Shown here one piece after another: positions 8,390 to 19,073 of a stretch of DNA of 64,000 bases. This DNA comes from Candidatus Kapaibacterium sp. (GTDB lineage: Bacteria; Bacteroidota; Ignavibacteria; Kapaibacteriales; UBA2268). The notes beneath the pieces are model-generated. The model was not told where the DNA came from. It saw only the letters and a program-made list of their open reading frames with translations, and ran no database searches. The position numbers and the translations under genes are program-made. Each line of letters starts with the position of its first letter. Position 1 is the first letter of the stretch. The stretch is taken from positions 4,000,001 through 4,064,000 of the forward strand of contig OY762428.1 of assembly GCA_963665665.1 (NCBI GenBank), given 5' to 3'.

Positions 8390-9760
8390 TCAGTTATTTA
8401 ACAAGTGTGAAATATCGGGTTTATTGATTTTTGGAACAGCTTTAAATCTTCCGAGAAGATAATCCAACCTGGTATTTTTATCGAAATCAGTTTTAAATTC
8501 ATCAAGAGAGTATAATTTTGTTGCCAAAGATTCATCTTTCCTGAAAAACCAAATTTCATCCTTCCTGAATAGATCATTATTCAATAGCAAATTCTCATGA
8601 GAAGTAAAGATCAACTGGCTATTTTTATTTTTTGATAACACAAATATTAATTCTAAAAATTTTATTACCATGTTGGGATGCATACTTCGTTCAATTTCAT
8701 CAATGAAAAACACTTTGTTTCCCGCGCTGAAATCAAGCAAGAGTGGAATAAAATCAATTAGACGATTAGTACCGTCGGATTCTTGGTTGGAGTCAAAAAG
8801 TACAGGTTCGTATTTATCACCTATCTTGTGTTGAGTCATAAATTTATAAAATGCCAACTCTCCATTTTCTATCGTAATAAAATAATTTTTATTTGTTGAG
8901 GAATAAACCGAGATATAATCCCCTTCATTTTGAACAGTAGAAAGGTTATCCAAAGCTTTTTTTATAGTCTCGGGGGGGATTTCAATTTTATCTCTTGCAA
9001 TTTTTTTAATAGCCACACTATCTATTCCGGTATCAAAATAATCTAATAAACCCGAAAAGATTTCTAAAAGATTTGATTTTTTTTGAATATAAAATCTTGT
9101 ACCGACTTTATATTTATCATCCGGAAAAATTGTAATCAGTGAATTAGCAAACCAATCAATAACATTCAAAATATCATCAATATTCCTGACATTATCTTTT
9201 ACTTTCCTGTTTTTAATTTCAGTAAGTAATAATTGATTGTCAGGAGTACTTTTGGCGATAAACCTGATAAACTGTTTATCTTCCTCATCACTATTCAAAT
9301 TCAATAAATAATTTAGATCGTAAATATTCTTAATTGATTCGTCCCTGTCAAAAATCTTAATTTCATTTTTATCAGTTATTTGATAAAGCCATTCCTCGGT
9401 AATCTTCTTTCTTGAAAAAACGAATCCATAAGCGTAATTTTTTCCATTGCTTTGTAATTCAAATTCCATCCGCGATAATTTATTTCTATTATCCGGATCA
9501 AGCTGAAAATTTTGAAAATCAATTTCAGAATCAGGTTTATTTCCGTTTAAAACAAGATTTCTCCCAAACCGTACAGCTTTAATTAAATTGGATTTTCCGG
9601 AAGCGTTAGGCCCGAACATTACAGAATATTTAAGCGTTTTAATGCCATTTACTTTTTTTCCGATATGTTCCTTCTTTTCACTACTTTTCCCGGGTATCAT
9701 TATTATTGATTGCCTGTCTTTGAAGGATAGAAAATTTTCTATGGTAAATCTTATCAGCAT
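8390..9760 (-). CDS. RloA/AAA_21-type ABC-family ATPase
   Basis: ENFLSFKD, Walker A GPNASGKSN, ESDGT signature, Walker B FFIDEIERSMHP, QLIFTSH, YLLGRFKAVP. Confidence 0.9.
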   Translation of the reverse strand: MLIRFTIENFLSFKDRQSIIMIPGKSSEKKEHIGKKVNGIKTLKYSVMFGPNASGKSNLIKAVRFGRNLVLNGNKPDSEIDFQNFQLDPDNRNKLSRMEFELQSNGKNYAYGFVFSRKKITEEWLYQITDKNEIKIFDRDESIKNIYDLNYLLNLNSDEEDKQFIRFIAKSTPDNQLLLTEIKNRKVKDNVRNIDDILNVIDWFANSLITIFPDDKYKVGTRFYIQKKSNLLEIFSGLLDYFDTGIDSVAIKKIARDKIEIPPETIKKALDNLSTVQNEGDYISVYSSTNKNYFITIENGELAFYKFMTQHKIGDKYEPVLFDSNQESDGTNRLIDFIPLLLDFSAGNKVFFIDEIERSMHPNMVIKFLELIFVLSKNKNSQLIFTSHENLLLNNDLFRKDEIWFFRKDESLATKLYSLDEFKTDFDKNTRLDYLLGRFKAVPKINKPDISHLLNN

Positions 9761-9832
9761 TATATTTTTATCTATCTTATTTAATGTTTGAATTAATTTA
9801 ATATAACAATTTAATACTTAATTTCAATAATT

Positions 9833-11329
9833 TTATCTTGCTACTCCGCCAACAAAAGTAGCTAATACCTTTGTCTGCAATATTTCTTTTCTGTCAATGC
9901 CAAGCAGGTTGGCGTTTAAAATTGTGACATCTGCCGGAGCTCCCGGTTCAAGGCCGTGCCATTTATGCCCGAGGGCTTCAACCGGGGTGCGGGTATAGGC
10001 TGTAACAGCTTCTGCAATATTAAGGCATTCATCAGGGCTGAAGGGTTTTTCAGCTCCAGGAGCTGTCCTGTTTACGAATGCGTCAATTCCCGTCAGAGGA
10101 TCGTGGCTTTCAATCGGATAGTCAGAGCCGCCGCAAAGGAGTAATCCTCTTTCTGCAAGGCTTTTCCATCGGTATGCCCTGCCGAGTGTTTCATCATCCA
10201 TTCTGTCCTGGGCCATACCCGTCATATCGGAAGTTCCGTGTATTGGCTGAACGGAGGCTATAATATTGTTTTCAGCCATTCTGTCGGCATCTTCCGGATG
10301 AATGATCTGGACATGTTCAATACGGAGATTGTTCGTGAAGCCATCTTTACGAAGTTGTTCGTAAACGTCAATAACTAATCTGTTGGCAGCATCCCCGATA
10401 GCATGAACAGCAATGTCAAATCCGGCCTCGCATCCCTTTCGGCATTGCTTTAAAAGTCTGTCAAAATTCGTTAGCAATAGTCCCCTGTTTCCGGGCATAT
10501 CCTTATAATCCCTGAGAAGGGCAGCCCCGTGCGAACCAAGAGCGCCATCGGCATAAAATTTCAATCCTTTTATTTCAAATCTGTTTCCAATATATGGCTT
10601 TATCGAATGTTTTAACCATTCATCCTCGTGGGCTTTAATGTAGGCACTTACCCGGACAGTTAGTTTACTTTCTTCGTCAAGCTTTTTATATGCCGGAATA
10701 TTAAGCGGATTCAAATCCATATCATGAGTGGAGGTGAGCCCGACACTTGACAATTCACGGCAGCCCATGTCGATATTATCCATTATTTGCTGATCGGTGA
10801 AAGGTGGAATATGCTTTGAAACAATATTCATTGCCGTATCTATCAATATTCCCGTAGCATTTCCAGACTTGTCTCTTTGAATTTTTCCTCCGGCAGGATC
10901 AGGTGTATAATTATCAATTCCGGCAATATTCAAAGCTACAGTATTAACCCAGGCGGCATGGCCGTCAATTCTTTTTAGAAAAACAGGTGTATCTGAAAAA
11001 GCAGAATCAAGAATATCTTTGTCAGGATAGCATTTGCTTTTCCACTGCTCCTGATTCCAACCCCATGCAGTCAGCCATTTTCCCTGCATAAACCGGTTTT
11101 GCTCAAGAAGCTGTACGCACTGCCCGGCGCTTTTTGTGCCAACAACAGCCATTCCGCGCTTGAACTTACCCAATGCAGCTACATGCCCGTGAGCATCTGT
11201 CATACCCGGATAAAGCCATCCTCCGGGGTAATCTAATTGTTTGCCGTCTATTATTAATGTTGAACGCCCGGAAATATTTTCAATTGATTTTATTTTGCCA
11301 TTTTCTATTTGTACTATTGCCTGTAACAT
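9833..11329 (-). CDS. Amidohydrolase, YtcJ-like
   Basis: PGMTDAHGH, RIDGHAAWVN, HAIGDAAN, RIEHVQ, GSDYPIE. Confidence 0.9.
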   Translation of the reverse strand: MLQAIVQIENGKIKSIENISGRSTLIIDGKQLDYPGGWLYPGMTDAHGHVAALGKFKRGMAVVGTKSAGQCVQLLEQNRFMQGKWLTAWGWNQEQWKSKCYPDKDILDSAFSDTPVFLKRIDGHAAWVNTVALNIAGIDNYTPDPAGGKIQRDKSGNATGILIDTAMNIVSKHIPPFTDQQIMDNIDMGCRELSSVGLTSTHDMDLNPLNIPAYKKLDEESKLTVRVSAYIKAHEDEWLKHSIKPYIGNRFEIKGLKFYADGALGSHGAALLRDYKDMPGNRGLLLTNFDRLLKQCRKGCEAGFDIAVHAIGDAANRLVIDVYEQLRKDGFTNNLRIEHVQIIHPEDADRMAENNIIASVQPIHGTSDMTGMAQDRMDDETLGRAYRWKSLAERGLLLCGGSDYPIESHDPLTGIDAFVNRTAPGAEKPFSPDECLNIAEAVTAYTRTPVEALGHKWHGLEPGAPADVTILNANLLGIDRKEILQTKVLATFVGGVAR

Positions 11330-11352
11330 ACGTCATCCTGTATAAAAAAATG

Positions 11353-11377
11353 AAAAAGCCCTGCAAAAAGCAGGGCT
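11353..11377 (-). terminator. Rho-independent terminator after the ferredoxin gene
   Basis: agccctgc/gcagggct stem with A-tract on the left. Confidence 0.6.
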
Positions 11378-11412
11378 AAATATAATCAAAGTTTTCGATT
11401 CAATATGAAAAA

Positions 11413-11649
<237 letters not shown>

Positions 11650-11842
11650 TTAGTCTAAGCTAAATATTTTCGTATCAAATGTTTACAAGAACAAAATTAA
11701 AAGGAATTTTAATATCCACCAAATAAAAATTATTCTTTTTTTGTAATAAAATAATGACAGAACTCCTACCTGTTCCAAACTCTTTTACTTAGAAAGTATT
11801 TATAAGGACTTTCAATTTTATGAATAATAATATTAGTGCTTA

Positions 11843-12682
11843 CTAAATATTGCTCTTGAGTAATTTGTATAATTCAAACCAATCAGTATCAGGAGCCAAA
11901 CGCAGGGAATCGATATGTGTTGAAAGGCTGGGAACGGGAAAATATAAGTTGAAGCGCTTTCCTTTAAGCAACTGAGCCGGCGTATGAAACCATGCCTTAG
12001 CGATAATTTTCGAGTAATATTTATTCGAAAGCAAACTCTTTGCAACGAATCCCGGTTTATTTACTGTATTTCCTGTCAGTGCAAACCAAAGGCTGTTATC
12101 GTAATTGCCCCTGCAATATGTTCGGAAAATTGTTTCAGATTTTCTCATTGTTTCTTTTGTAGTAAAAAATGTCATAGTTGTGGAAGCACCGTATGTCCAT
12201 TCGATATTGCTTATTTGATGTTTCTTTTTTGTATAGTTGTGTATAGGCAGATTGTGGTAGTCAGGATGATTGAATGGCGAAAGAAAATCAGCATCGGGAA
12301 TTTTTTCAATAGCATCAACCATATTCGGAAGCATATCCGGCAAATAGATATAATCATCTTCGGCAAAATATATTTTCTCGGAATAATCCTGGTTAAGCAG
12401 GATATCAATTTGTTTTCCGAATGTTGCGGCGTTCCCTGCCTTATTCATTTCAATTATTTCAAGGTCTTCAGTAGAAAAGCGTTCTTGAAACAGTGTTTTA
12501 TACTCAGCAGGGCAACCGTCAATAATTGCCCAAATCTTAGGCCTCATTCCTCCCAGGCTTTTTACAAATGACTCCAGGGCAACTGCCGACATTTCAAGCT
12601 TATCATCGGTGAAATCCAGGGCAAATTTTGAAATACCCGGATATATTCTATAAGCAACTGCGAAATCATATTTTGATGGCAT
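11843..12682 (-). CDS. GT-A fold glycosyltransferase
   Basis: IYFAEDDYIY (DxD-like) and PSLSTH; coupled to the upstream GT2 gene. Confidence 0.75.
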   Translation of the reverse strand: MPSKYDFAVAYRIYPGISKFALDFTDDKLEMSAVALESFVKSLGGMRPKIWAIIDGCPAEYKTLFQERFSTEDLEIIEMNKAGNAATFGKQIDILLNQDYSEKIYFAEDDYIYLPDMLPNMVDAIEKIPDADFLSPFNHPDYHNLPIHNYTKKKHQISNIEWTYGASTTMTFFTTKETMRKSETIFRTYCRGNYDNSLWFALTGNTVNKPGFVAKSLLSNKYYSKIIAKAWFHTPAQLLKGKRFNLYFPVPSLSTHIDSLRLAPDTDWFELYKLLKSNI

Positions 12683-12684
12683 AT

Positions 12685-13632
12685 CTATAATTCTTTAAAC
12701 TTTCTTTTCCATACTTTTAAAATCGAACTGAAGAAATCCTGCTGGCCCGCTGCATGGCTTTTTTTCGCCGGCACTGCAAATCCCAGCAATTTCCAAAGAA
12801 CCAACTTGATAAAATTATGAATTATTTCCAATACAATATAGATTCTGCAATAAACACTACTGTTATGCTTTTTGCAGAATAAAACCTTCGAAGAAACAAA
12901 TATATCTGCCTTGTTCGGGGGCATTGTATTAGCTCCGGTACTGCCTCCCCTGTGGTGCATCACTCTGACTTCTGGCAGGTAAATGCATTTATTACCAATA
13001 TTTTCTATCCTTCGGCAAAAATCTGTTTCTTCGGTGAAAAAGAAGTAGTCTTCATCGAAGCCCTTAATTGCATTGAAATCCGATCGACGGACTGCCATGA
13101 CAGCTCCGTCAATATATTGTACGCATTTCTTCGTGTCAAAAGCGGGATCATTATTTTGAAATTTCTTCTTTTTAATATACCTCCGGACGCCGGATAAAAG
13201 AAAAATTTCTTTCAATACCTGGGGAATGCCCGGATAATCGCCGTAGCAATATTGCCAACTCCCATCGGGATAAACCTGCTGGGGGCCGCAAACAGCAACA
13301 TCATGATTTTCTTCCAAAAAGTTTATGATTTTTTCAATAGAATGCGGGTAATATTCTACATCAGAATTTGAAATAATAATATATTTTGAATCTGAAAATT
13401 TCGCGCCTTTATTTACAGCCCCGGCATATCCAAGATTAGTTGAATTTTCAATAATATGAATATCCGGGAATTCTGATTTTATAGTTTCAACAGTATCGTC
13501 ACCCGAATTATTATCAATTACAACAGGATTAATATTCAGCTTACCTGTTGCAGAATTAAGTGAATTCAAACAGGCAATAGTTAATTCCGGATGCTTGTAG
13601 GAAATTATTATAATATCAGCTATTGCAGCCAT
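12685..13632 (-). CDS. Glycosyltransferase family 2
   Basis: VIDNNSGDDT, NLGYAGAVNKG, SNSD, GFDEDYFFFTEETDFCRR. Confidence 0.92.
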   Translation of the reverse strand: MAAIADIIIISYKHPELTIACLNSLNSATGKLNINPVVIDNNSGDDTVETIKSEFPDIHIIENSTNLGYAGAVNKGAKFSDSKYIIISNSDVEYYPHSIEKIINFLEENHDVAVCGPQQVYPDGSWQYCYGDYPGIPQVLKEIFLLSGVRRYIKKKKFQNNDPAFDTKKCVQYIDGAVMAVRRSDFNAIKGFDEDYFFFTEETDFCRRIENIGNKCIYLPEVRVMHHRGGSTGANTMPPNKADIFVSSKVLFCKKHNSSVYCRIYIVLEIIHNFIKLVLWKLLGFAVPAKKSHAAGQQDFFSSILKVWKRKFKEL

Positions 13633-13637
13633 TGTGT

Positions 13638-14987
13638 TTACAAATTCCCGTAAGCTTTATACACATTTTTTTTGGTTGAATATCCAAACTGATATATGCC
13701 AAACGGAACAGAGGATTCCAACTTATGCACACCGTCTTTAATTTTGAACTGATAAAAATAATTTTCGGTATTCTCAACATTCTTATAATAATTCTTTGGT
13801 ATTGCAACACCGTCATAAAGTATGTTACCGATACTATTCTTATCAGCCATGATCGTAACATAATCATCAGTCTTTTCATTAAGAGGTTTTGTCAGGATAT
13901 ATTTCTTCTGGTATATCTTTTCCGAAGGTATTGTTAGCATCATAGGGTCACCATGGGCCTGCTTGCCGGCGTAGCCATGAGAATACTGAACTACATAAAT
14001 AATTCTGTTTGATTCAACTAAGGTTGGTTTTGTCATTTCCCGTATATCATAAAATTCGCCTCGGTCTAAATGTGCTACAGTATCACCGTTAACAATGATT
14101 TGGCTGTCATCTTCGAAACACAAAACTCTAGAACTTGATTTTATTTTACCGGGCAGGGGAGGTATAAAATAACTGTTGGAGCAAAGCTTGAAAGGCAGCA
14201 TTTGCTCTGCTAACATATCGCAGCCAATTTCGCCATTTGGTACTTGTGCACATTGATGCCCCGAAAACATGGCAATATCAGAATCCCATGATTCAATAAT
14301 AGAACCGCTCAGGTCAAAAGGCAGGTCGGGTACATAAGCAATATTTGAATTTGGATCCTGAAGGATACAAAAATTCTGATATTTTTCTAATTCAATCCTT
14401 ATAGGATTGCTGCCTTCCTGGAAAATAATTGCACCAATAAATCTTGGGATCATGTCGAAAACAGCGCTCTTGCTTCCGCTAATGAAAGAAGATTGCGAGA
14501 AAAAATTATCCAGGAAATTAAAATAATTTGCAGAAATATACTTTTTACCCCAATATTTTTCGGGTATCAGTGTATAGGTTCCCGCAGATTGGTCTGATGA
14601 TGATACGCAATAAATTTTGATATTTTTATCAGAGCTTACCCTGATAACATTATTGTTTACCCAATCGGATTTTATATAAGTTAAATTGTAGGCTATGTCT
14701 GCCCTTACAATTGAATCAGGAACAATATCAACCCATATAGTATCCTTGAAGCTTTCATGATAGATAGATACCCTGCAACTGTCTTCGGAAATAATACTTA
14801 GATAATAATGATAATTTTTCTGCCTTTCTTCATTTCCGGTAAATCTTTGATTTTGTAACAAAACGAAACTGAAATTTCTGCCCGAAAACGAAAAATTATT
14901 ATTTTCCTCTGCTTTTAAATTCTCAGAAGAAAGAACACCCGACAGTAATACTAACATTATCAAACATTTTAAAAAAGGACTATTCAT
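13638..14987 (-). CDS. IgGFc-binding protein N-terminal domain secreted protein
   Basis: Signal peptide; DLSGSIIES, AMFSGHQCA, DMLAEQMLP, GDPMM; homologous to the N-terminal half of 47223..50210. Confidence 0.75.
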   Translation of the reverse strand: MNSPFLKCLIMLVLLSGVLSSENLKAEENNNFSFSGRNFSFVLLQNQRFTGNEERQKNYHYYLSIISEDSCRVSIYHESFKDTIWVDIVPDSIVRADIAYNLTYIKSDWVNNNVIRVSSDKNIKIYCVSSSDQSAGTYTLIPEKYWGKKYISANYFNFLDNFFSQSSFISGSKSAVFDMIPRFIGAIIFQEGSNPIRIELEKYQNFCILQDPNSNIAYVPDLPFDLSGSIIESWDSDIAMFSGHQCAQVPNGEIGCDMLAEQMLPFKLCSNSYFIPPLPGKIKSSSRVLCFEDDSQIIVNGDTVAHLDRGEFYDIREMTKPTLVESNRIIYVVQYSHGYAGKQAHGDPMMLTIPSEKIYQKKYILTKPLNEKTDDYVTIMADKNSIGNILYDGVAIPKNYYKNVENTENYFYQFKIKDGVHKLESSVPFGIYQFGYSTKKNVYKAYGNL

Positions 14988-15387
14988 GTATTTACTCAGT
15001 AATTATTTCAAGAATATTATTTTATAAATTAACAATATTAAGAATTAAAAAAAAATCTACCGCGAGCATATATTATATTATCAGTAATTACAGCATTATT
15101 ATGAAAGAAAAATATAAATATTCAACTTTAATATTATCATTAATATATCACTTAAAAGCAAATGAAGCTAAAAATTAGAATAAATTGTAATTAAATTAAG
15201 GTCAAACTAAAAATATTTTGAAAAATTGATAAAATTGGTTTGTTAAATTATCCAAAAATTATATAGTTTTGTACTAACCTTTACGAAGGTTAAAAGATAA
15301 CTATATGTTTTTTAACTAATTGATTTTCTCATATTTCGGGGACATACGTTAATCCGGTCCCGGAAGAGATATAAATAGGAGTAAATT

Positions 15388-16674
15388 ATGGCATCAGAAT
15401 CATTCAATCCGTTCGAAATGGCTCAAGAGCAATTTGATGCAGTAGCAGAACAGTTAGGTTTGGACCAGGCAACAAGAGATTTTCTGAGGAATCCGGACCG
15501 TGAATATCAGTTTAACATTCCTGTACACATGGATGACGGTTCTTACAAAGTATTCCGTGGTTTCCGCGTACAGCACAGCGATGCTCGCGGCCCTGCTAAA
15601 GGCGGTATCCGTTTCCATCCTCAGGAAACAATAGATACAGTTCGCGCTCTGGCTACATGGATGACATGGAAAACAGCAGTTGTTGACATTCCTCTTGGCG
15701 GTGGCAAGGGTGGCGTTATTTGCGATCCACACCATCTTTCACTCAGGGAACAGGAACTTATCTGCCGCGGCTGGGTTCGCCAGGTTGCTAAAAATGTTGG
15801 ACCTCTCCAGGACGTTCCGGCTCCGGACGTGATGACAAACGGCCAGCACATGCTTTGGATGCTTGATGAATACGAAAGAATCTCAGGTTACAAAGCTCCT
15901 GGTTTCATTACAGGTAAACCAATGGGTATGGGCGGTTCTCTTGGCAGGACTGAAGCTACCGGTTACGGTGCTGTTTATACTCTCAGGGAAGCTCTTAAAG
16001 AACTAAACATAGATATTACTAAAACTACTGCTGCATTCCAGGGCTTTGGTAACGTTAGCCAGTATGCAATAGATCTCTATACTCAGTATGGCGGAAAAGC
16101 TATCTGCGTTTCCTGCTGGAACAACAAAGAGAAAAAATCCTATACATTCAAAAAAGCTGATGGTATCGACATGAAAAAACTCATGGAAATCACTGACAAA
16201 TTCGGTGAAATCGATATCGAAAAAGCAAAAGAAATGGGATTTGAAATTCTTCCTGGCGATGCATGGATCGAACAGGATGTTGACGTTCTTGTTCCTGCTG
16301 CCATCGAAAATCAGATCAATGCAAATACTGTTAATAAAATTTCCTCCAGCGTTAAAGTTATCGTTGAAGGCGCTAACGGGCCGACAACACCCGAAGCAGA
16401 TGCAGTTATCAAAGATCGCGGAATCCTTTGTATTCCTGATTTTCTTGCTAATGCAGGTGGTGTTACATGTTCTTACTTCGAACAGGTACAGTGCAACATG
16501 AACTACTTCTGGCCAAAAGAAGAAGTTCTTGAAAAACTCGACGCAAAAATGACTTCAGCATACCATGCAGTATCTGAACTCGCACGTAAAAAAGGTGTTT
16601 ACATGCGTGATGCAGCCTACATGATTGCAATCGCAAGAGTAGCTGAAAATGTTAAAATGCGCGGTTGGGTATAA
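15388..16674 (+). CDS. gdhA: Glutamate dehydrogenase (Glu/Leu/Phe/Val family)
   Basis: GPAKGGIRFHP, GGGKGG, DVPAPDV, QGFGNV, EGANGPTT; AGGAG RBS. Confidence 0.93.
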   Translation: MASESFNPFEMAQEQFDAVAEQLGLDQATRDFLRNPDREYQFNIPVHMDDGSYKVFRGFRVQHSDARGPAKGGIRFHPQETIDTVRALATWMTWKTAVVDIPLGGGKGGVICDPHHLSLREQELICRGWVRQVAKNVGPLQDVPAPDVMTNGQHMLWMLDEYERISGYKAPGFITGKPMGMGGSLGRTEATGYGAVYTLREALKELNIDITKTTAAFQGFGNVSQYAIDLYTQYGGKAICVSCWNNKEKKSYTFKKADGIDMKKLMEITDKFGEIDIEKAKEMGFEILPGDAWIEQDVDVLVPAAIENQINANTVNKISSSVKVIVEGANGPTTPEADAVIKDRGILCIPDFLANAGGVTCSYFEQVQCNMNYFWPKEEVLEKLDAKMTSAYHAVSELARKKGVYMRDAAYMIAIARVAENVKMRGWV

Positions 16675-16692
16675 TTAATTTTGATTTTTTGC

Positions 16693-16722
16693 AGGGCTGC
16701 TTTATTGCAGCCCTTTTTTTTT
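16693..16722 (+). terminator. Rho-independent terminator
   Basis: agggctgc/gcagccct stem followed by a T-run. Confidence 0.85.
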
Positions 16723-16834
16723 ATTAAAAAACAGGGCTGATTCCTGATTTATTTGTGATTTATTTAACACAGAATTTGCATATATCAAAACATTTTTTTA
16801 TTATTACAAAAATTGCAACTATGTTTGGAAATCT

Positions 16835-17716
16835 ATGTCTGTAATTGATTCTTTATTGGAAACCCAGGAATTCGCAACCCTACCACCGGTTGCCGCCAGA
16901 ATATTGAAAATTCTTGAAGACGATAATATCGATCTCAGGGATATTGCCGGAGTAATTGAAACTGATGCCTCTCTTACTCTTAAACTTCTCCGGGTTGCCA
17001 ATTCTCCGTTATATGCAACAAGAAACGAAGTAAAATCAATCCATCAGGCAATAGTTACACTGGGCCTGAACAGATTGACAAATATTGTTCTTGGTGTTTC
17101 AATTTTTTCAAAATTTCTGCTTAGCAGTCAGAAACAGGCAGCGGAACTAATGGAAAAATTCTGGTGGCATTCTTCATGTACAGGTATGGTTGCCAAATCA
17201 TTGTGCGCAAAACTCGGCATACATTTCAAAGAAATAGAATTTATTGGCGGCCTGCTTCATGATATTGGAAAACTTGCAATGATTCAGTTTGATTCATATA
17301 AGTACATGCAGGTGATCAAACTGATTAACGAGAAAAAAATCCTTGATGTAGAAGCAGAAATGGAAGTTTTTGGCGCCACTCACGAAGAGGTCGGAAAAGA
17401 AATTGCTCATTTGTGGCAATTGCCAATGGAGCTGACATCCATTGTATCTAATCATTCGAAAATTACGGAACTTGAAGAGTACAAGGAACTGGTATCTGTT
17501 GTCCGGCTGGCTGATATGTTCTGTGAAGTGTGGGGAGCTGATTTCGACGAGGGTATCCTTACTCTGGATGTTGGTAAATCCGAACCCTGGAGAACTCTTT
17601 GCGAAGCTTATCCAAGGCTTATTGACCTTGACATAGAAGCTTTTACATTTGAACTTGAAGAAGATTTTAAGAATTCAGCAGCTTTCCTGAATATTCTTGT
17701 TCAGGATGCTAATTAG
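16835..17716 (+). CDS. HDOD domain signal-transduction protein
   Basis: LPPVA, DASLTLKLLRVANSPLY, FWWHS, GLLHDIGK. Confidence 0.92.
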   Translation: MSVIDSLLETQEFATLPPVAARILKILEDDNIDLRDIAGVIETDASLTLKLLRVANSPLYATRNEVKSIHQAIVTLGLNRLTNIVLGVSIFSKFLLSSQKQAAELMEKFWWHSSCTGMVAKSLCAKLGIHFKEIEFIGGLLHDIGKLAMIQFDSYKYMQVIKLINEKKILDVEAEMEVFGATHEEVGKEIAHLWQLPMELTSIVSNHSKITELEEYKELVSVVRLADMFCEVWGADFDEGILTLDVGKSEPWRTLCEAYPRLIDLDIEAFTFELEEDFKNSAAFLNILVQDAN

Positions 17717-19000
17717 TCATAACTTTAAATGTTTTTGAATTTCTACGGCGATTCTTTCAGATTCGCCTTTTCCCTTATAGACGTAATCAGAAGCAGTCTG
17801 CCCCAAATGCTTCCTGCATTTATTATCTCTTATCATCTCGGAAATAAATGATAGGTAATCCCCGGTATTTTCAATTACATTCAATGCACCGCATTCCTTC
17901 AGGAGAATTGCATCAGGAGAATTATTCATCCCCGGGCCTGTAGTCAGCGGAATTCCATAACCCGCAGGTTCAGTAACGCTATGCACACCTGCTCCGAATG
18001 CACCTCCGATATGTGCTGTGTGAGCATACCTGTAAAGTTTTAGCAGTTTTCCAATACTATCAACTATTATATCCTTTCCATTAACAAATTCCCCGGATTC
18101 AATTTCACTCAGAAGGTTAGCTCCGGCCATTTTTTTCTTCAGCCTGCTTAAATTTTCTTCCTCGGGTTCATGAGGAACCATTATGATTATAATATTTTTA
18201 AATTCCCCTTTGCCAGCCAGTTCTTTTCTGGCTTCGATGATAATGTCTTCATCTTGTTTCCAGCTGCTTCCTGCAACAATCACAAAGTCGGTGTCAGAAA
18301 AATATCCATCCGGAATTATATTGAAATTTTTTGATTCCTCTACTTTCTCAATAATTCGGTCCAGGCGTGTATCAGCTGAGTCAATTGGATTAATGCTTTG
18401 GTCAAGATCTCTAATATAATCAGAATGGATTGGGCCTACTGTAAAAATTTTATTGAATTTTTTGTAAACCGATTTGTAAAAAGATCTGAGAATCGGGTTT
18501 CTGTCAGGTTTTTCCTTTCCGGGCCTTGTTGCACAAATAAGATATACCGGTATTGATAATTTATTGAGCATTGTCAGGTAATTCAGCCATAATTCGTAAC
18601 GAACAAAAACAGCCAAGTCAGGTTTAAGTTTTGTTACGAATGAATTGGCATTAGTACGGGTATCAAAAGGAAGATAAAAAATTGCGTCAGCATAGGGATA
18701 ACTCTTTTGGTTTTCATATCCTGAAGGAGAAAAAAAAGTAACTGCAATAGCAATGTGGTTATTGCCGGCTTTCAATTTTTCAATAATTGGCTTTGCCTGC
18801 TCAAATTCCCCCATGGAAGAAGCATGAAACCAAACCAGCCTGGAATCAGAGCCAATATCTTTTCTGAAAGATTCCAATAACCTGAGCGTCTCATTGCTGC
18901 CCTGTTCACGCTTCTCCAGTTTAGCATCTGATTTTCTTCTAAACCGCAAATATATTGAAGCAAGCGGAACCACAATGAATTTATATAAAAATACTGCCAT
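17717..19000 (-). CDS. waaA: Kdo transferase
   Basis: VWFHASSMGEFEQ, TFFSPSGY, YLPFD, DTRLDR, VAGSSW, EPAGYGIP. Confidence 0.9.
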   Translation of the reverse strand: MAVFLYKFIVVPLASIYLRFRRKSDAKLEKREQGSNETLRLLESFRKDIGSDSRLVWFHASSMGEFEQAKPIIEKLKAGNNHIAIAVTFFSPSGYENQKSYPYADAIFYLPFDTRTNANSFVTKLKPDLAVFVRYELWLNYLTMLNKLSIPVYLICATRPGKEKPDRNPILRSFYKSVYKKFNKIFTVGPIHSDYIRDLDQSINPIDSADTRLDRIIEKVEESKNFNIIPDGYFSDTDFVIVAGSSWKQDEDIIIEARKELAGKGEFKNIIIIMVPHEPEEENLSRLKKKMAGANLLSEIESGEFVNGKDIIVDSIGKLLKLYRYAHTAHIGGAFGAGVHSVTEPAGYGIPLTTGPGMNNSPDAILLKECGALNVIENTGDYLSFISEMIRDNKCRKHLGQTASDYVYKGKGESERIAVEIQKHLKL

Positions 19001-19073
19001 TTTGATATTTCATTTCGTTAAAAAAACAAAAATAGTATAAATTCCGCTGATTGGGAAAAAAATGATATTATTG

